NCBI GenBank assembly: GCA_951406725.2
Contig: OX597820.1
Span: 32,488,001 to 32,552,000, forward strand
Origin: Octopus vulgaris
Taxonomy: Eukaryota
DNA length: 64,000 bases
Direction of reading: 5' to 3'
This document shows, in pieces, positions 27,401 to 40,409 of this stretch. Numbering within the stretch: position 1 is the stretch's first letter; each line of letters opens with the position of its first letter. The notes below the pieces were generated by a model. The model had not been told where the DNA came from. It did not search any database and worked only from the letters and a program-made list of their open reading frames with translations. The position numbers were made by a program, and so were the translations under genes.

Positions 27401-28265
27401 ACGGGCGAAATGCTTAGCGGTATTTCGGCTGCCATTACGTTCTGAGTTCAAATTCCGCCGAGGTCGACTTTGCCTTTCATCCTTTCGGGATCGATAAATT
27501 AAGTGCCAGTTACGCACTGGGGTCGATGTAATCGACTTAATCCGTTTGTCTGTCCTTGTTTGTCCCCTCTGTGTTTAGCCCCTTGTGGGTAGTAAAGAAA
27601 TAGATATTTCGTCTACCATTACGTTCCGAGTTCAAATTTCGCCGAGGTCGACTTTGCCTTTCATCCTTTTGGGGTTGATTAAATACCGTAAATCCTCGAG
27701 TATAATTCCCTTTTTTTTTCCAAAATTTAAAGGTCAAATTATTTTCTAAGCAATGTCCGATTTTCTGTTTGCTGTCCGGCAATGTTTATTCGGATGCATT
27801 TTGTGATGTCGGGCGCGAAAATACTTTAAGCTAAGCCTGAAAGCAATGAAGTCATAAAAGAATCATACATAACTTGCAATAAGCAACATTTAAACGTTAT
27901 TACTGTTATTTCTTTATTTTCTGCAAACAAAATGCACAAAAAAGCTACACGTTTGCATTATGTTATATATACAATAATAATAAAGGATGTTACCGTATAT
28001 ATTTTTACAAACCAAGCACGTTATATAAACCTCCTTGACTCAAGTTAGAGAAGGGGTGCGTATTATACACAAGGTTTAGGTGTTTTCAGAGGTACAGCCC
28101 CCTAAAAATCCCCTGCGTATTATACTCAAGGGCGGACTATACTCGAGGATTTACGGTAAGTACCAGTTATGCACTGCGGTCGATATAATCGAATTGATCC
28201 CTTCGTCTGGCCTTGTTTGTGTCCTCTATGTTTAGACCCCCTCCCCGTGGGCAATAAAGAAATAA
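27401..28265 (+). mobile_element. SINE family B dimer interrupted by a MITE
   Basis: The SINE motif GATTAAATA|AGTACCAG is split by 27686-28156. Confidence 0.85.
27686..28156. mobile_element. MITE (471 bp), pogo/Tigger-like, with TA target-site duplication
   Basis: TIRs CCGTAAATCCTCGAGTATA / TATACTCGAGGATTTACGG, TA on both sides, clean insertion into a SINE. Confidence 0.92.
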
Positions 28266-28589
28266 CTATAAGCCTGTTGCTTCTATCGTTCTTTTTTTTT
28301 GCCAGACTGCTAATTTATGACGGGGACGTAAACACACCAACACCGGTTGTCAAGCAGTGGTAGGTGACAAGTCTCCCATAATTCACATACTTCCATTCAT
28401 ATAAGAAATGAAAAGGATACGTTAAGTAATTTGGGCTGCTCCTGGATACACAGGTTGAATTATACAATGACGGTTTGGTTACGGATGGAGCGCCATCGAT
28501 CAGAGCTGACCACATAATTGAACTGCAACGTAAACAAGTACCAAATATCTACTGCGTCTTCAACACCGCATCGCCAGGGCTATCAGCAG

Positions 28590-28903
28590 CGGTAACAGCA
28601 GCACAACCACCAGCACCACCAGTACCACCACCAACACAACTACCTCCTCTAGCCCCCCTCCCAGCACTAGTATTATCCCCAGCTCCAGCAGCAGCACCAC
28701 CACCACTACCACCATCATCATCACGATGACCACCATAAAAAATCACTACTGCCAGTACCACCACCTCAACCACCACCAAAAACAACAACACCACCACCAC
28801 TAACACCACCACCAACAACACCACCACCACCAACAACACCACAAACAACAACACCACAAACAACAACACCACAAACAACACCACCACCAACAACAACAAC
28901 ACC

Positions 28904-28935
<32 letters not shown>

Positions 28936-29275
28936 CAACAACAAAACCACCAACAACAACACCACCAACAACACCACCAATACCACCAACAGCAACACCA
29001 CCACCATCACCACCCGTAATAGTTGGAGTAAGGAAGAAAGAAGAGCGATATAGTAGTAGTCGTGGCGGTGGTTGGAGCAGTAGTAGTAGTAGTAGACTAT
29101 GTAGTAACTGTAGTTGTAGTTATAGTGGTGGCGGTGGTGGTGGTATTGGTGCTAGTTGTGTTGGTGGTGGTAGCCGTTGTCGTTTTAGTCGTGGTTATAG
29201 TAGTGGTAGTAGTAGTAGTAGTAGAGGCAGCAGAACTGGTGGAGGTGGCGGCGGGAGTGGTGTTGGCGGTGCAGT
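28590..29275. repeat. (CAC/CAA/CAG)n array followed by a complementary (GTG/GTA)n array
   Basis: Direct inspection. Confidence 0.9.
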
Positions 29276-29425
29276 GGTGTCATTCGGTACAAAGACACGG
29301 TGTCACCTGTTCGGAAACATCGATTCATTTCACGCCACTCACGTCATTTTCCCCCCTCCACGGCACCACCGCCGCCACCTTCACTATTGTTGACATCCGT
29401 CTCTGATATAGATACTTGTGTGTGT

Positions 29426-29467
<42 letters not shown>

Positions 29468-29523
29468 TGTGCATGGGTGTGTGTTAGAGTGCGTGTATAT
29501 ATGTGTGTGTGTATGTGTGCGTA

Positions 29524-29580
<57 letters not shown>

Positions 29581-29715
29581 ATATTTATATATATATATAT
29601 ATATATACGTGTGTGTGTGTGTTTATATATGCGCGTATGTATGTATATATATATCTATTTATACATGAATGTGTGTGTATGTAAATATATATATATGAGT
29701 ATATCTATCTATCTA

Positions 29716-29810
<95 letters not shown>

Positions 29811-30074
29811 GTGCACATACACGCGTATATTGATAGTTATATAGAGAGATAGAAAGATATAGGTATATTTATATGTATATACATATGTAACCTTAATTAG
29901 TTGCATATAATTAATATATACGTGCTGTTCGGTTGAAATTAGGTAGATGTAACTCAAGACCTATTTTCTAGACACTTGATAGATGGATTGTTAGAAAGAT
30001 ACATAGATAGACAGATAGACAGGCAGATAGATAGACAGATAGACAAACAGATACATAGATAGATAGATAGATAT

Positions 30075-31133
30075 GTTTCTTTATTAGCCACACAGGGCTG
30101 CACACAGATAGAACAAATTACAAGGTAGAGCTTTTCTTTTGAAGGTTTAAGAAAAAAAAAAAAGGAAGGGGGAGTTTCGATCAAAAGGGATCGTAAAAGG
30201 AGAGAAAGAGGACAAAAAAAGGGGGGTTTAAAAAAAAGGGGGGAGGAAAAAAATTGATCAATAGGGATCGTTATCACAGAAATGTCAATATGAAGTGTAA
30301 AGGGGAGGACAGGTGAGGTTTACCCATGCAAAGAAAAGCCTACGGAAAAGACCACGGTAACCTCGGTCAATGATGTCACATTTTATATTTCTTTTTTTTT
30401 TGCAAATAAGCAACTCTCTGTTTTCGATTTCTGGGTTCATAGGACTATGCTCAAGGTGGCTTCGTCATTCATACGTGCCATTCTTGCTACATTCACCCAT
30501 CTTTTTTTAAAACATTCGCTAGACAAAACTTGCCTCTCTACTCTCACTTTCCTTTTCAAGTGGTACTTGAAGAAGTTGATGAGAGATTGACCAGAGAGGA
30601 AAGTGTTTGTCTCCAATCCTTTCAGACGCGTCCACCAGATACATTCTTTCGCCATAGCCACAAGGATGATGAAAATAGCTCTTCCTTCCCGTTTGAAGGA
30701 AGGAGGCGTGACAATATTGACGATAGACTCAGCTGATAAACCGACTCGTCCCACACGTGACAGCAGTTGTTCGACATAAGCCCACAGGTGGGAAATTGTT
30801 GGACACTGAACGAGTGCGTGCAGAACGGTTTCGTCGCTCTGACCGCATCTCGGGCAGGTCGGCCCCGTGTTTCTCGAACCGTGTCTGTAGAGCTTATCCC
30901 GAACGGGTAGCGCTTCTCGGTAGCACTGCCAGGCCAGGGATCTCTGAAAGTTGTCCATGGGCCCTGGCCCGAAAGTCGTCCTGAACAGGCGGGTCAGGTA
31001 CTCCTCGTCGACGTCCAGGTTCGCCCCGAGCTCGTCGTCGTACCTCCCCTCCACTAAACCCCTATAGAATGCTGTGGTTGTGTTGAAGTCACTTAAGGTC
31101 GACCCAGGACGGCAGAGTTGCTTGAGAGCAACA
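30075..31133 (-). mobile_element. 5'-truncated Tx1/L1-clade LINE within (GATA)n/(TATC)n
   Basis: Open ORF2 C-terminus plus ~360-bp 3' UTR ending AATAAAGAAAC; GATA arrays on both flanks. Confidence 0.9.
30437..31133 (-). CDS. Retrotransposon ORF2 C-terminal fragment with zf-RVT-type CCHC finger (no native start)
   Basis: W...EALPVRDKL...CPRCGQSDETVLHALVQC......W and AKECIWWTR are typical of Tx1/L1 ORF2; the frame stays open up to the truncation point. Confidence 0.85.
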
Positions 31134-31139
31134 GATAGC

Positions 31140-31226
<87 letters not shown>

Positions 31227-31364
31227 GTTTCTTTATTGGCCACACAGGGCTGCACACAGATGGGACAAGTTACAAGGTAGAGCTTTTCTTTTGGGGGAGA
31301 AAAAAAAAAGTGGCGTAGGTTTTCGATCAAAAGGGATCGCAAAAGGGAAAAAAGAACAAAAAAA
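31227..31364 (-). mobile_element. Second, heavily 5'-truncated copy of the Tx1-like LINE 3' UTR within (GATA)n
   Basis: Same 3' end as 30075; GATA arrays on both sides. Confidence 0.9.
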
Positions 31365-31415
31365 TAGATAGATAGATGGATAGATAGATAGATAGATAGA
31401 TAGATAAATAAATAA

Positions 31416-31481
<66 letters not shown>

Positions 31482-31539
31482 GCATGCATGTATGTAAGTG
31501 TCTCTTCTATTTTTCAATTATTATAAATCTTCCACTGGT

Positions 31540-31882
31540 GTGGAAGGTTTACAGCAAAGATACGATTCTCCATCTTTGGGATGTAGTTAACACACACAAA
31601 TTCAAATTTGGAACTTGAGAAAAGTCTTGCAATTTTTAACGTTCCGTTGCACTTGTAATGTACGAATTAGTCGGCCGATTTCTCTTCCCAGTTTATCTAG
31701 ATTCTCCTTTACGCATTTACTAACAAAACCTATTATTGGTATGAATATGACTTCATGGTCTGGATATAGATGTCAGAGGTTTCGAAGCAGTTGTCTATAG
31801 ATATCCTCTTTTTCTTTGATTTTCAAAGAGATGGTACGTACCTTTTACTCTCTGTCCCAAAGAACAACATCCGGCCTGTTAT
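31540..31882 (-). mobile_element. Degraded RLE-type (R4/NeSL-like) non-LTR retrotransposon 3' fragment
   Basis: [13 protein letters not shown]...[30 protein letters not shown]. Confidence 0.7.
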
Positions 31883-32247
31883 GTATGTATGTATGTATGC
31901 ATGTATGTATGTATGTATTTATGTATGTATGTATGTATGTATGTATGTATGTATGTATGTATGTATGTATGTATGTATGCATGTATGTATGTATGTATGT
32001 AAGTATGTATGTAAGTATGTAAGTATGTATGTATGTATGTATGTATGCATGTATGTATGTATGTATGTATGTATGTACGTATGTATGCATGTATGTATGT
32101 ATGCATGTGTGTTTGTATGTATGTATGCATGTAGGGATGGATTTATCTATCTATATATATGTGTTTATATATATATACATATATATACATACATATACAT
32201 ATGTATACATATATATATATATACGTATATACATATATACATATATG

Positions 32248-32365
<118 letters not shown>

Positions 32366-33439
32366 CGAGTGAGTGGACAAATGAAAAAACGGGGCACTCA
32401 GCAAATTTAGTATTTTTCGTTATATCTTGAGGTAAGCTCCCACCCCACATATATCTTACTTTTATTGTCTCACATCCTCTGTCTGTACGATATAAAGCTT
32501 AACTGGAGAAATCAATCAACCAACTACCCAACCAACCAATATTTATACCGACTATTTTTATATACATATAAGAAAAAAAAAACAAATGCAAATAAGCATG
32601 CACTCTTTATGATAGGACCTGTTGGAAATTTAAAAGCCGCAGTAATTACAGATTCATCTCTCTATGATATATATTTCTATACGCATACAAATACACACAA
32701 ATATTCTACCCAAAATGCCTTCAAAATCGTAAAATTCATTTACCAAGAGGATATGGTGGAAAATTTACTTCTTGGCGGGTGGACCTTACCTCAAGATATG
32801 GTTTCCAAGTGACAAATTGTCTCCTTACTAACAATTTGGAACATATATTTGAAAACAAATCATTTCTCTTAACTAAAAATATCAGCTTTAGAAGAATAAT
32901 TGACGAATTCCAGAAAAATTTCAAGAGCAAGATAATAACCTTGAAACTAACAACAAGGAATTCGAATTTATCAATTCAGATTTTACAAAACAAATAGAAA
33001 ATATTCGAGATTAGCAAACAAATCTATCGTGGATTGAACGGTAATTCAATCACAAATTTATATTTAAAAATGATATCATGAAATCTTGAAGGATATCAGT
33101 AATAGCGCTTCAATAATTGCCACCGAACCCAATGTAGATGTTACAAATGAAGCATTCTTAACACAAGCACTCTATTTCACATTTAAAGCTCATAAGTAAA
33201 ATTTACTAAACACCCTTCAAATTAAGCTTATGAACTCCTTCTAAAACAGATATATGTTTTCTTAGTAAAAATTATAATTCCCAAATTGAAATTTAAAACG
33301 CAACAAGCCTCAAAACATTAGAGCATTTCAAACTAATTTCCAAGTTTATATTTAAGAAAAATGTGAAATCTTCAACGATAACAATACTAGCGCCAGGAGA
33401 ATTGCCACCAAACTCTACAAAGACAACAGGGATGAAACT

Positions 33440-33758
33440 GGCACTCCGTTAGTTACTACGACAACGGTTCCAATTGATTTGATCAATGGAACAGCCTACT
33501 TGCGTAATTAACATGCAAATGGCTGACCACTCCACAGACCCGTGTACCTTTAACGTAGTTCTCAGGGAGATTCAGCGTGACATAGAATGTCACTTGCTGG
33601 CCTTTTGGAATACAGGTACAACTCAGCTTTTGCCAGCTGAGTGAACTGGGGCAACATGAAATAGAGTGTCTTGCTCAAGGACACATCGCGTCACCAAGAA
33701 TCGAACTCACGACTGTACGATCGTGAGTCAAATATCCTAATCACTAAATCACGCGCCT
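33440..33758 (-). mobile_element. Chimeric SINE: family C-type head/CORE-like block with family D-type tail
   Basis: GTGTCTTGCTCAAGGACAC block plus GGCACTCCGTTAGTTAC tail; approximate TSD ACA(GG/AA)GATGAAACT. Confidence 0.75.
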
Positions 33759-34188
33759 TTACAAAGATGAAACTCTGATAACACAAGATCCTTATTTTAC
33801 ATAATCGAAATTTTCTGACTACCCATCAAAAAATCTTGTGAATTCCTTCTAAAGCGGATATATCAATTCTTAGCAAATCTATATCACCACCAAGTTTAAA
33901 AATACAGCATTCCCGTATCAAACTTAAAACTCGTCAATCCCTTAAAACATGAAAACGTTTCATACCAATTCTATTTCCAAATAAGTAATAATTTACGAGT
34001 CACAAACCCACGCTCCTCATAAATGAATCAGTGAACGACGACTCACTTTTATTTTCCCCCAAATTTCATTTATACGGAGAAACGAGGAAATATTTTAAAC
34101 ATAAACAACATCGCTGAGAGTAATCATCAGCAGTTAACTTGTGAACAGCTGATGAAGTGCTAAATATACTATCTACCTACCTACCTAC

Positions 34189-34271
<83 letters not shown>

Positions 34272-34373
34272 CCTATCTATATATTTAGCTAGCTATTTAT
34301 CTATTTATTTATCTATCTATCTTTCTTTCGGTCTGTCTATATATGTCTCTCTCTGTCTCACTGTCTTACTGTG

Positions 34374-34424
<51 letters not shown>

Positions 34425-34444
34425 GCATATATATATATATATCG

Positions 34445-34820
34445 AGAACTCTACCAGCTCCCTAACTGGCCGTCACTGTATGGCTCCAAAGGTGCCAGCC
34501 ATCCCATCCAGTGTGAGGTCCAGGTACTGCATTTGCTTGGGATTCGAGGACCCATGACTATCTAATACCTTGCCAAAACATCTGAGAGATGTGCGTAAAG
34601 TGTGGGTGAATGTTTTTAAGGAACAACTTGACCTTTTGCTGTCCAAAGTCCCAGATGAATTAAAACATGGCAAGAACGCAAAAAATGGTAGCAATACCGT
34701 ACTCCTTCCTTCACTAAAAGCCAATCACATAAAAATAGTTATTGAAAAGATGATAATAGTGGCGGGTCCCCAGCATGGCCACAACCTTTGGGCTGAAAAG
34801 CATAAAAGCATGAAAGAATA
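34445..34820 (+). mobile_element. 5'-truncated, decayed CR1/L2-group LINE related to 21201-21585
   Basis: AGGTCCAGGTACTGC..LPKHLRDV..FKEQLDLLLSKVPDE; 3' CCCCAGCATGGCCACAACCTTTGGGCTGAAA. Confidence 0.82.
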
Positions 34821-34843
34821 GCAGAATATATATATATATATAT

Positions 34844-35232
34844 ATACATATAAGAGGGATGACCACTACGTGGACATTCATTGTGCTAGAAGTCGGCCCC
34901 CTATGGTCTTACCACTCACTAAGAAAGGAATGTTCTCAAGAAAATTTAGCAAACCCCAGAACGTAAGCGAGTAGGTATTGGCAAGGTATTAGATAGTCAT
35001 GGGCCCTCGAATCCCAAGCAATTGCAGTATATGGACCTCACACTAGATGAGATGGCTGGCACCTTTGGAGCCGTACAGTGACATCCAGTTAAGGAGTTGG
35101 TAGAGTTGCTCGCTTACGTTCTGGCGTTTGCTAAATCTTCTTGAGAACATTCCTTTCTTAGTGGTAAGACCATAGCGGATCTACTTCTAGTATAATGGAT
35201 GTCCACGTAGTGGTCATCCCTCTTATATGTAT
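34844..35232. repeat. Inverted repeat (arms 34844-34973 and 35107-35232) enclosing an inverted copy of 34448-34579
   Basis: Arms ATACATATAAGAGGGATGACCACTACGTGGACA.. / ..TGTCCACGTAGTGGTCATCCCTCTTATATGTAT; the spacer is ~90% identical to the reverse complement of the adjacent LINE fragment's 5' end. Confidence 0.92.
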
Positions 35233-35408
35233 GTAATATAATTTTTCTGAATCTTCAGATTTTAATATGCTAGACACCTGGTTTTAAATTGATATTAATC
35301 AAATTAATATTCAATTTTTCACCCTTATTATATATATATATATATATATAATGTTTATGTATTTGTTTTGCAAGATTCCTGATGTGTAATCGTTTGTTGA
35401 AACAAATA

Positions 35409-35754
35409 TTATATTTCGGGACGGTCATGTTTTCCTTTTACCAAATAAGCACCAACACTATATACTCGTTCTTCACTTTAGCTTTATTATTTTTCTTATT
35501 TCCGTCATACGCCCTGTGACCTTTTGAACGAGTCCCCATCCCACATGTCGCTCCTATCCTGTTTAGTCCATTCTAAACAAGGAAGGTGGAAACACGCGCG
35601 ATAGAGAGTCGTTGAAGAGGTCACAGGATGTATGCCGAAAGATTTTAAACAAAACACACCAAGATAAGAATAATAATAAAGCTCAAATGAGGAAGAAGTA
35701 TATAGTGCTTGTGTTTATTTGGAAAGAAATATATATGACCATCCCCAAATATAA
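35409..35754. repeat. Diverged foldback palindrome (~345 bp)
   Basis: TTATATTTCGGGACGGTCAT..CCAAATAAGCAC..CACTATATACT..CATACGCCCTGTGACC is mirrored by GGTCACAGGATGTATG..AGTATATAGTG..GTGTTTATTTGG..ATGACCATCCCCAAATATAA. Confidence 0.82.
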
Positions 35755-35786
35755 CAATATGTGAAGATATATATGTTTCCATATAC

Positions 35787-35836
<50 letters not shown>

Positions 35837-35837
35837 G

Positions 35838-35886
<49 letters not shown>

Positions 35887-35926
35887 CTATCGCTCTGTCT
35901 GTCTCTCTGTCTTTCTCTCCCTCCCT

Positions 35927-35983
<57 letters not shown>

Positions 35984-35984
35984 A

Positions 35985-36370
35985 TCCAAACATGAACAAA
36001 GAGAAAACAACAACACGAGGACGTGGAACAATTATAGTGTTATTGGACGCTCAGGAAAGGAAAGAAAGAAGGAGGATTTAACGTTTCGAGCAGAGCTCTT
36101 TGTCAGAAAAAAAAGAAAAAGGAAAGGTCCAAGGAAGGGAAGACGGAGAAAGAAAATCGCCAACAATACACACGCGGTCACATGTTGAAATGACCGGAGG
36201 GGAATGGGTGAAGAAAAAGTTCTTTTAAAGATAGGAGAATGCAAGAGAAGGAGATATGTGTGTGTGTGGCGGGGGATATGTGCGTACGCGCAGATCTGTG
36301 TGTGTGTGTGTAATGATAGCACGTGGAAGAAACGATTCCTTCAAAGGGATGTAAAACATCCAATTCACTG
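35985..36370 (-). mobile_element. Penelope-like terminal fragment with hammerhead motif at 36075-36109
   Basis: Same unit as 10001-10578, extended; TTT-CTGACAA-A-GAGC-TCT-GCTC-GAAA-CGTT-AAA (stem II intact, core G8 changed to A). Confidence 0.65.
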
Positions 36371-36629
36371 GTAATAGATTGTTAGATTGTCAATTGTATT
36401 TCACTATGGCCGCAGTCAAATGACTGAAACAAGTAAAAGAGTAAAAGAGTATATATTTATACCCCCTCTCTCTCTTTCTCTCTCTGTCTATATATATATA
36501 CTCTCTCCCACTTTCTCTCTCTCTATATATATATATATACTCTCTCCCTCTTTCTCTCTCTATATATATGTATATACACCCACATACGTATGTATGTGTG
36601 TATGTTTGTATGTATGTATGTACGTATGT

Positions 36630-36895
36630 ATGCGTGGATGTGTGGTAAGAAGTTTGCTTTCCAAGTATGTGGTTTCGGGTTCAGTCCCATCGGTAGGTGT
36701 CTTCAACTAAAGCCTCGGGCCGGCCAAAGCCTTGTCAGTGGATTTTGTAGACGGAAACTGAAAGACGCCTGTCGTACATATATATAGCAAGTACTAGGCT
36801 TACAAAGAATAAGACCTGGGGTCGATTTGTTCGACTAAAGGTGGTACTCCAGCATGGCCGCAATGAAATGATTGAAACCAAGTAAAATAATAAAA
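36630..36895 (+). mobile_element. SINE family A, internally deleted
   Basis: Head joined directly to the AAGTACTAGGCTTACAAAGAATAAG tail. Confidence 0.8.
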
Positions 36896-36904
36896 TATAT
36901 ATTA

Positions 36905-37514
36905 TTCTTTTCTACTCTAGACACAAGGCTTGAAATTTTGGGGGTGGAGGCCAGTCGATAAGATCGACCCAGGACGCAACTGGTACTTAATTTATCGATC
37001 CCAAAAAGATGAAAAGAAAAGTCGACCTCGGCGGAATTTGAACTCAGAACGTAGAGACATACGAAATACTGCTAAGCATTTCGGCCGGCGTGTTAAAGAT
37101 TCTTATTTCTGCATTGCCCACAAAGGGCTAAATACAGAGGGAATAAACAAGGACAGACAAACGGATTAAGACGATTGTATTGACCTCAGTGCGTAACAAG
37201 TGCTTATTTAATCGACCCCGAAAGGATAAAAAGCAAAGTCGACCTCAGCGGAATTTGAACTCGGAACGTAAAGACAGACGAAATACCTATTTCTTTACTA
37301 CCCACAAGGGGCTAAACACAGAGATGACAAACAAGGACAAATAAACGGATTAAGTCGATTATATATCTACCCCAGTGCGTAACTGGTACTTAATTTATCG
37401 ACCCCGAAAGGATGAAAAGCAAAGTAGACCTCGGTGGAATTTGAACTCAGATTGTAATGTCAGACGAAATACGGCTACGCATTTCGCCCTAACGTTTCTG
37501 CCAGCTCGCCGCCT
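36905..37514 (-). mobile_element. SINE family B trimer
   Basis: Three central domains (GTCGACCTCGGCGGAATTTGAACTC). Confidence 0.85.
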
Positions 37515-37695
37515 TAATATATATATATATTATTCTAATGCAGGAATGTACCGACAGTGATTTTGGCCGGTGAAATTATGGTCGTACTTCGAAGTCACCG
37601 TCAAGAACAATCTTGAATAAGAAATATAAATTTGTACACTACAAAACTATTAATATAAAATATATAAATATGTACATATAACTTACATGCATACG

Positions 37696-37731
<36 letters not shown>

Positions 37732-38078
37732 TGTATGTATGTATGTATGTATGTATGTAGGTATGTATGAAGGAAGTGTGTTCGTGTTTACAATAATCTT
37801 TGTTTTATAAACAATCTCCCAATCCCCTATAAATACCTAACATTTTTATAGCTGTTTATGCCTTACGTCTCTTCAGTGTTTGTTTTCAAACTTCAGGAAA
37901 CCTTAACTAAGGTCCCCTCACCACACACACACACACACACACACATCACACACACACACACACACAAACACTCATACACATACACACACACACTCATACA
38001 CACACACACACACTCGTACACACACACACACACACACTCATACACACACACACACACTCGTACACACACACACACACT

Positions 38079-38113
<35 letters not shown>

Positions 38114-38228
38114 TCGTACGCGAGGCAAGATATGCCTCGTCAAGCAATGAATTCGCGTTACAAAACTGAATAAACGGAAAGACATACCGTTATATTTTTT
38201 ATACACACACACACTCTCTCTCTCTTAC

Positions 38229-38267
<39 letters not shown>

Positions 38268-38278
38268 CACACACGCAG

Positions 38279-38309
<31 letters not shown>

Positions 38310-38919
38310 TATTTCTTTCTATTTCTTCCTTAATGAATGATTTTAATTTATTTCTTTTCTGGGAAATTTCGAAAGCTGCCGTTGTTTTCCCTTTTGTTTC
38401 ACAAGCCGAATTATACACGGGGTAGGCGTGTGACCGTTGACACATGGAAATAAGTGTTAACTAATACTACTACTACTACTACTAATGTTGTTGTTGTTGT
38501 TGTTGTTATGAGTGTGTAGTGTCACTCGGTGCAACTTTAGTAAAAAAAACAAAACAAGCTCACTCCTTGTCTCATCTATCGAATACTCTCAGATCGAATT
38601 CCCACCTATTGGTATACACACACACACACACACACACATGTGCAGACACAGATACATCTATTATATATTCATATACATATGCATGTATACTTATACACTT
38701 ATATATATTTATTATAATGTATATAGATAGAAACATACACATACATATATTTATATATGTGTGTGTGTGTGCGTACAACAATATGGATAACAGAAAATGT
38801 ATTGCGCAACACTATTGCATAACCCTACAATTGTTTCAATGTGGTTTAGCCAATTGCTGAAGCATTTATATAAAAGTATAAAACACAGCGTTATTATTAT
38901 TATTATTATTATTATCATT

Positions 38920-39390
38920 GAGTGAGAGAGCAGCGCATGCCATCAAAGTGAGACTGGGGTTAAATATACGAAGCCCAGTATACCCATCATGACCACCACA
39001 TCTGATAAGGGTGCACTAGGCACATGCATCACAACCATATATGCGCGACATGGTGATCTCATATCAAGATAAACAGCAAAACAGCGCATGACCTTACAGG
39101 TGGGGCCCAGTTAGAATTTCCTTCTGGTCGAGTAACCCATACCGCTCAAAAGGTCCCTGAATAAGGATTGTTTAAGAATGTTGAACGACACGCCCATGTT
39201 TCCAGAGGTGAATTATTCAAACCCCAAAGAATCCCTCTCAACACATGGCTAGCTATGATACTCCCCCACTACTTCTGCTCGTGATCAGAGATGCACATAT
39301 CGTCAGCCACTAAGGGACATGCTAAACTGGTTAAGGTCAAACATCTGACAAGCAAATATGTGGTACTGAGCAGAATATTTGTTGTAGCCC

Positions 39391-39391
<1 letters not shown>
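38920..39391 (-). mobile_element. (TAA)n-associated element, 5'-truncated copy
   Basis: Begins GAGTGAGAGAGCAG after (TTA)n, stops early at GTAGCCCAG, then (TTA)n resumes. Confidence 0.9.
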
Positions 39392-39447
<56 letters not shown>

Positions 39448-39464
39448 GAGTGAGAGAGCAGTTC
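39448..39464 (-). mobile_element. 17-bp stub (extreme 3' end) of the (TAA)n-associated element
   Basis: GAGTGAGAGAGCAGTTC within pure (TTA)n. Confidence 0.8.
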
Positions 39465-39516
<52 letters not shown>

Positions 39517-40070
39517 GAGTGAGAGAGCAGTTCATGCCATCAAAGTGACACTGGGGTAAAATATATGAAGCCCAATATACCCATCATGACTACCCGTCTG
39601 ATAAAGGTACACCAGGCACATGCATCACAACCATATGTGCGCGACATGGTGATCTCATATCAAGATAAACAGCACATGACCTTGCAGGTGGGGCCCAGTT
39701 AGAATTTTCTTCAGGTTGAGTAGCCCATCCTGCTCAAACGGTCCCTGAATAAGGGTTGTTTAAGGATGTTGAAAGAACCACCCATGTTTCCAGAGGTGAA
39801 CTATTCAAACCCCAAAGAATCCCTCTCAACACATGGCTATGATGCTCCCCCACTACTTCTGCTCGTGATCAGAGATGCACATATCGTCAGCCACTAAGGG
39901 ACATGCTCAACTGGTTAAGGTCAAACAACTGACAAGCAAATCTGTGGTATTGAGCAGAATATTTGCTGTAGCCCATCTTTTATACCAAGACAAAACAATG
40001 TACATGATAACACTTCCAATCAGTTAAGATCAGAAGCCATGAGAGCCACTGCCTGGTACTGCATCAGGGC

Positions 40071-40072
<2 letters not shown>
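39517..40072 (-). mobile_element. (TAA)n-associated element, full-length (~555 bp)
   Basis: GAGTGAGAGAGCAG...GGTACTGCATCAGGGCAT flanked by (TTA)n; near-identical to 49580-50134. Confidence 0.92.
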
Positions 40073-40131
<59 letters not shown>

Positions 40132-40135
<4 letters not shown>

Positions 40136-40335
40136 GTTTGACTTTTGCTTTATATTTGTACAAGTTTGCTCCAAGTCTCACCCAGAGACTTCAAGAGACA
40201 ACAGGTTGGAAGTTCGCGTTGTTGTTATGCCTAGTGTACCATATATTTGGGGTTTTTGGGGGGGGGTTGTACTAGTGAATGTATAAAAAAAAAACGAAAA
40301 ATTATGTTTGTTTTAAACCTTGAGATTAAATAGAA
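40132..40335 (-). mobile_element. Probable 3' UTR of an R4/Dong-like element within (TAA)n
   Basis: The - strand ends GTCTCTGGGTGAGACTTGGAGC..TACAAATATAAAGCAAAAGTCAAACAT(AAT)n, loosely resembling 14820-14885. Confidence 0.5.

Positions 40336-40409
<74 letters not shown>

Noticed and set aside
32660-33400. A-rich stretch with broken ORFs that could be a decayed retroelement or gene
   Set aside because: No recognisable motif; too degraded to call.
39990-40072. HDV-like ribozyme at the 5' end of the TAA element
   Set aside because: A P4-like hairpin exists, but I could not build P1/P2/P3 or place a catalytic C by eye.
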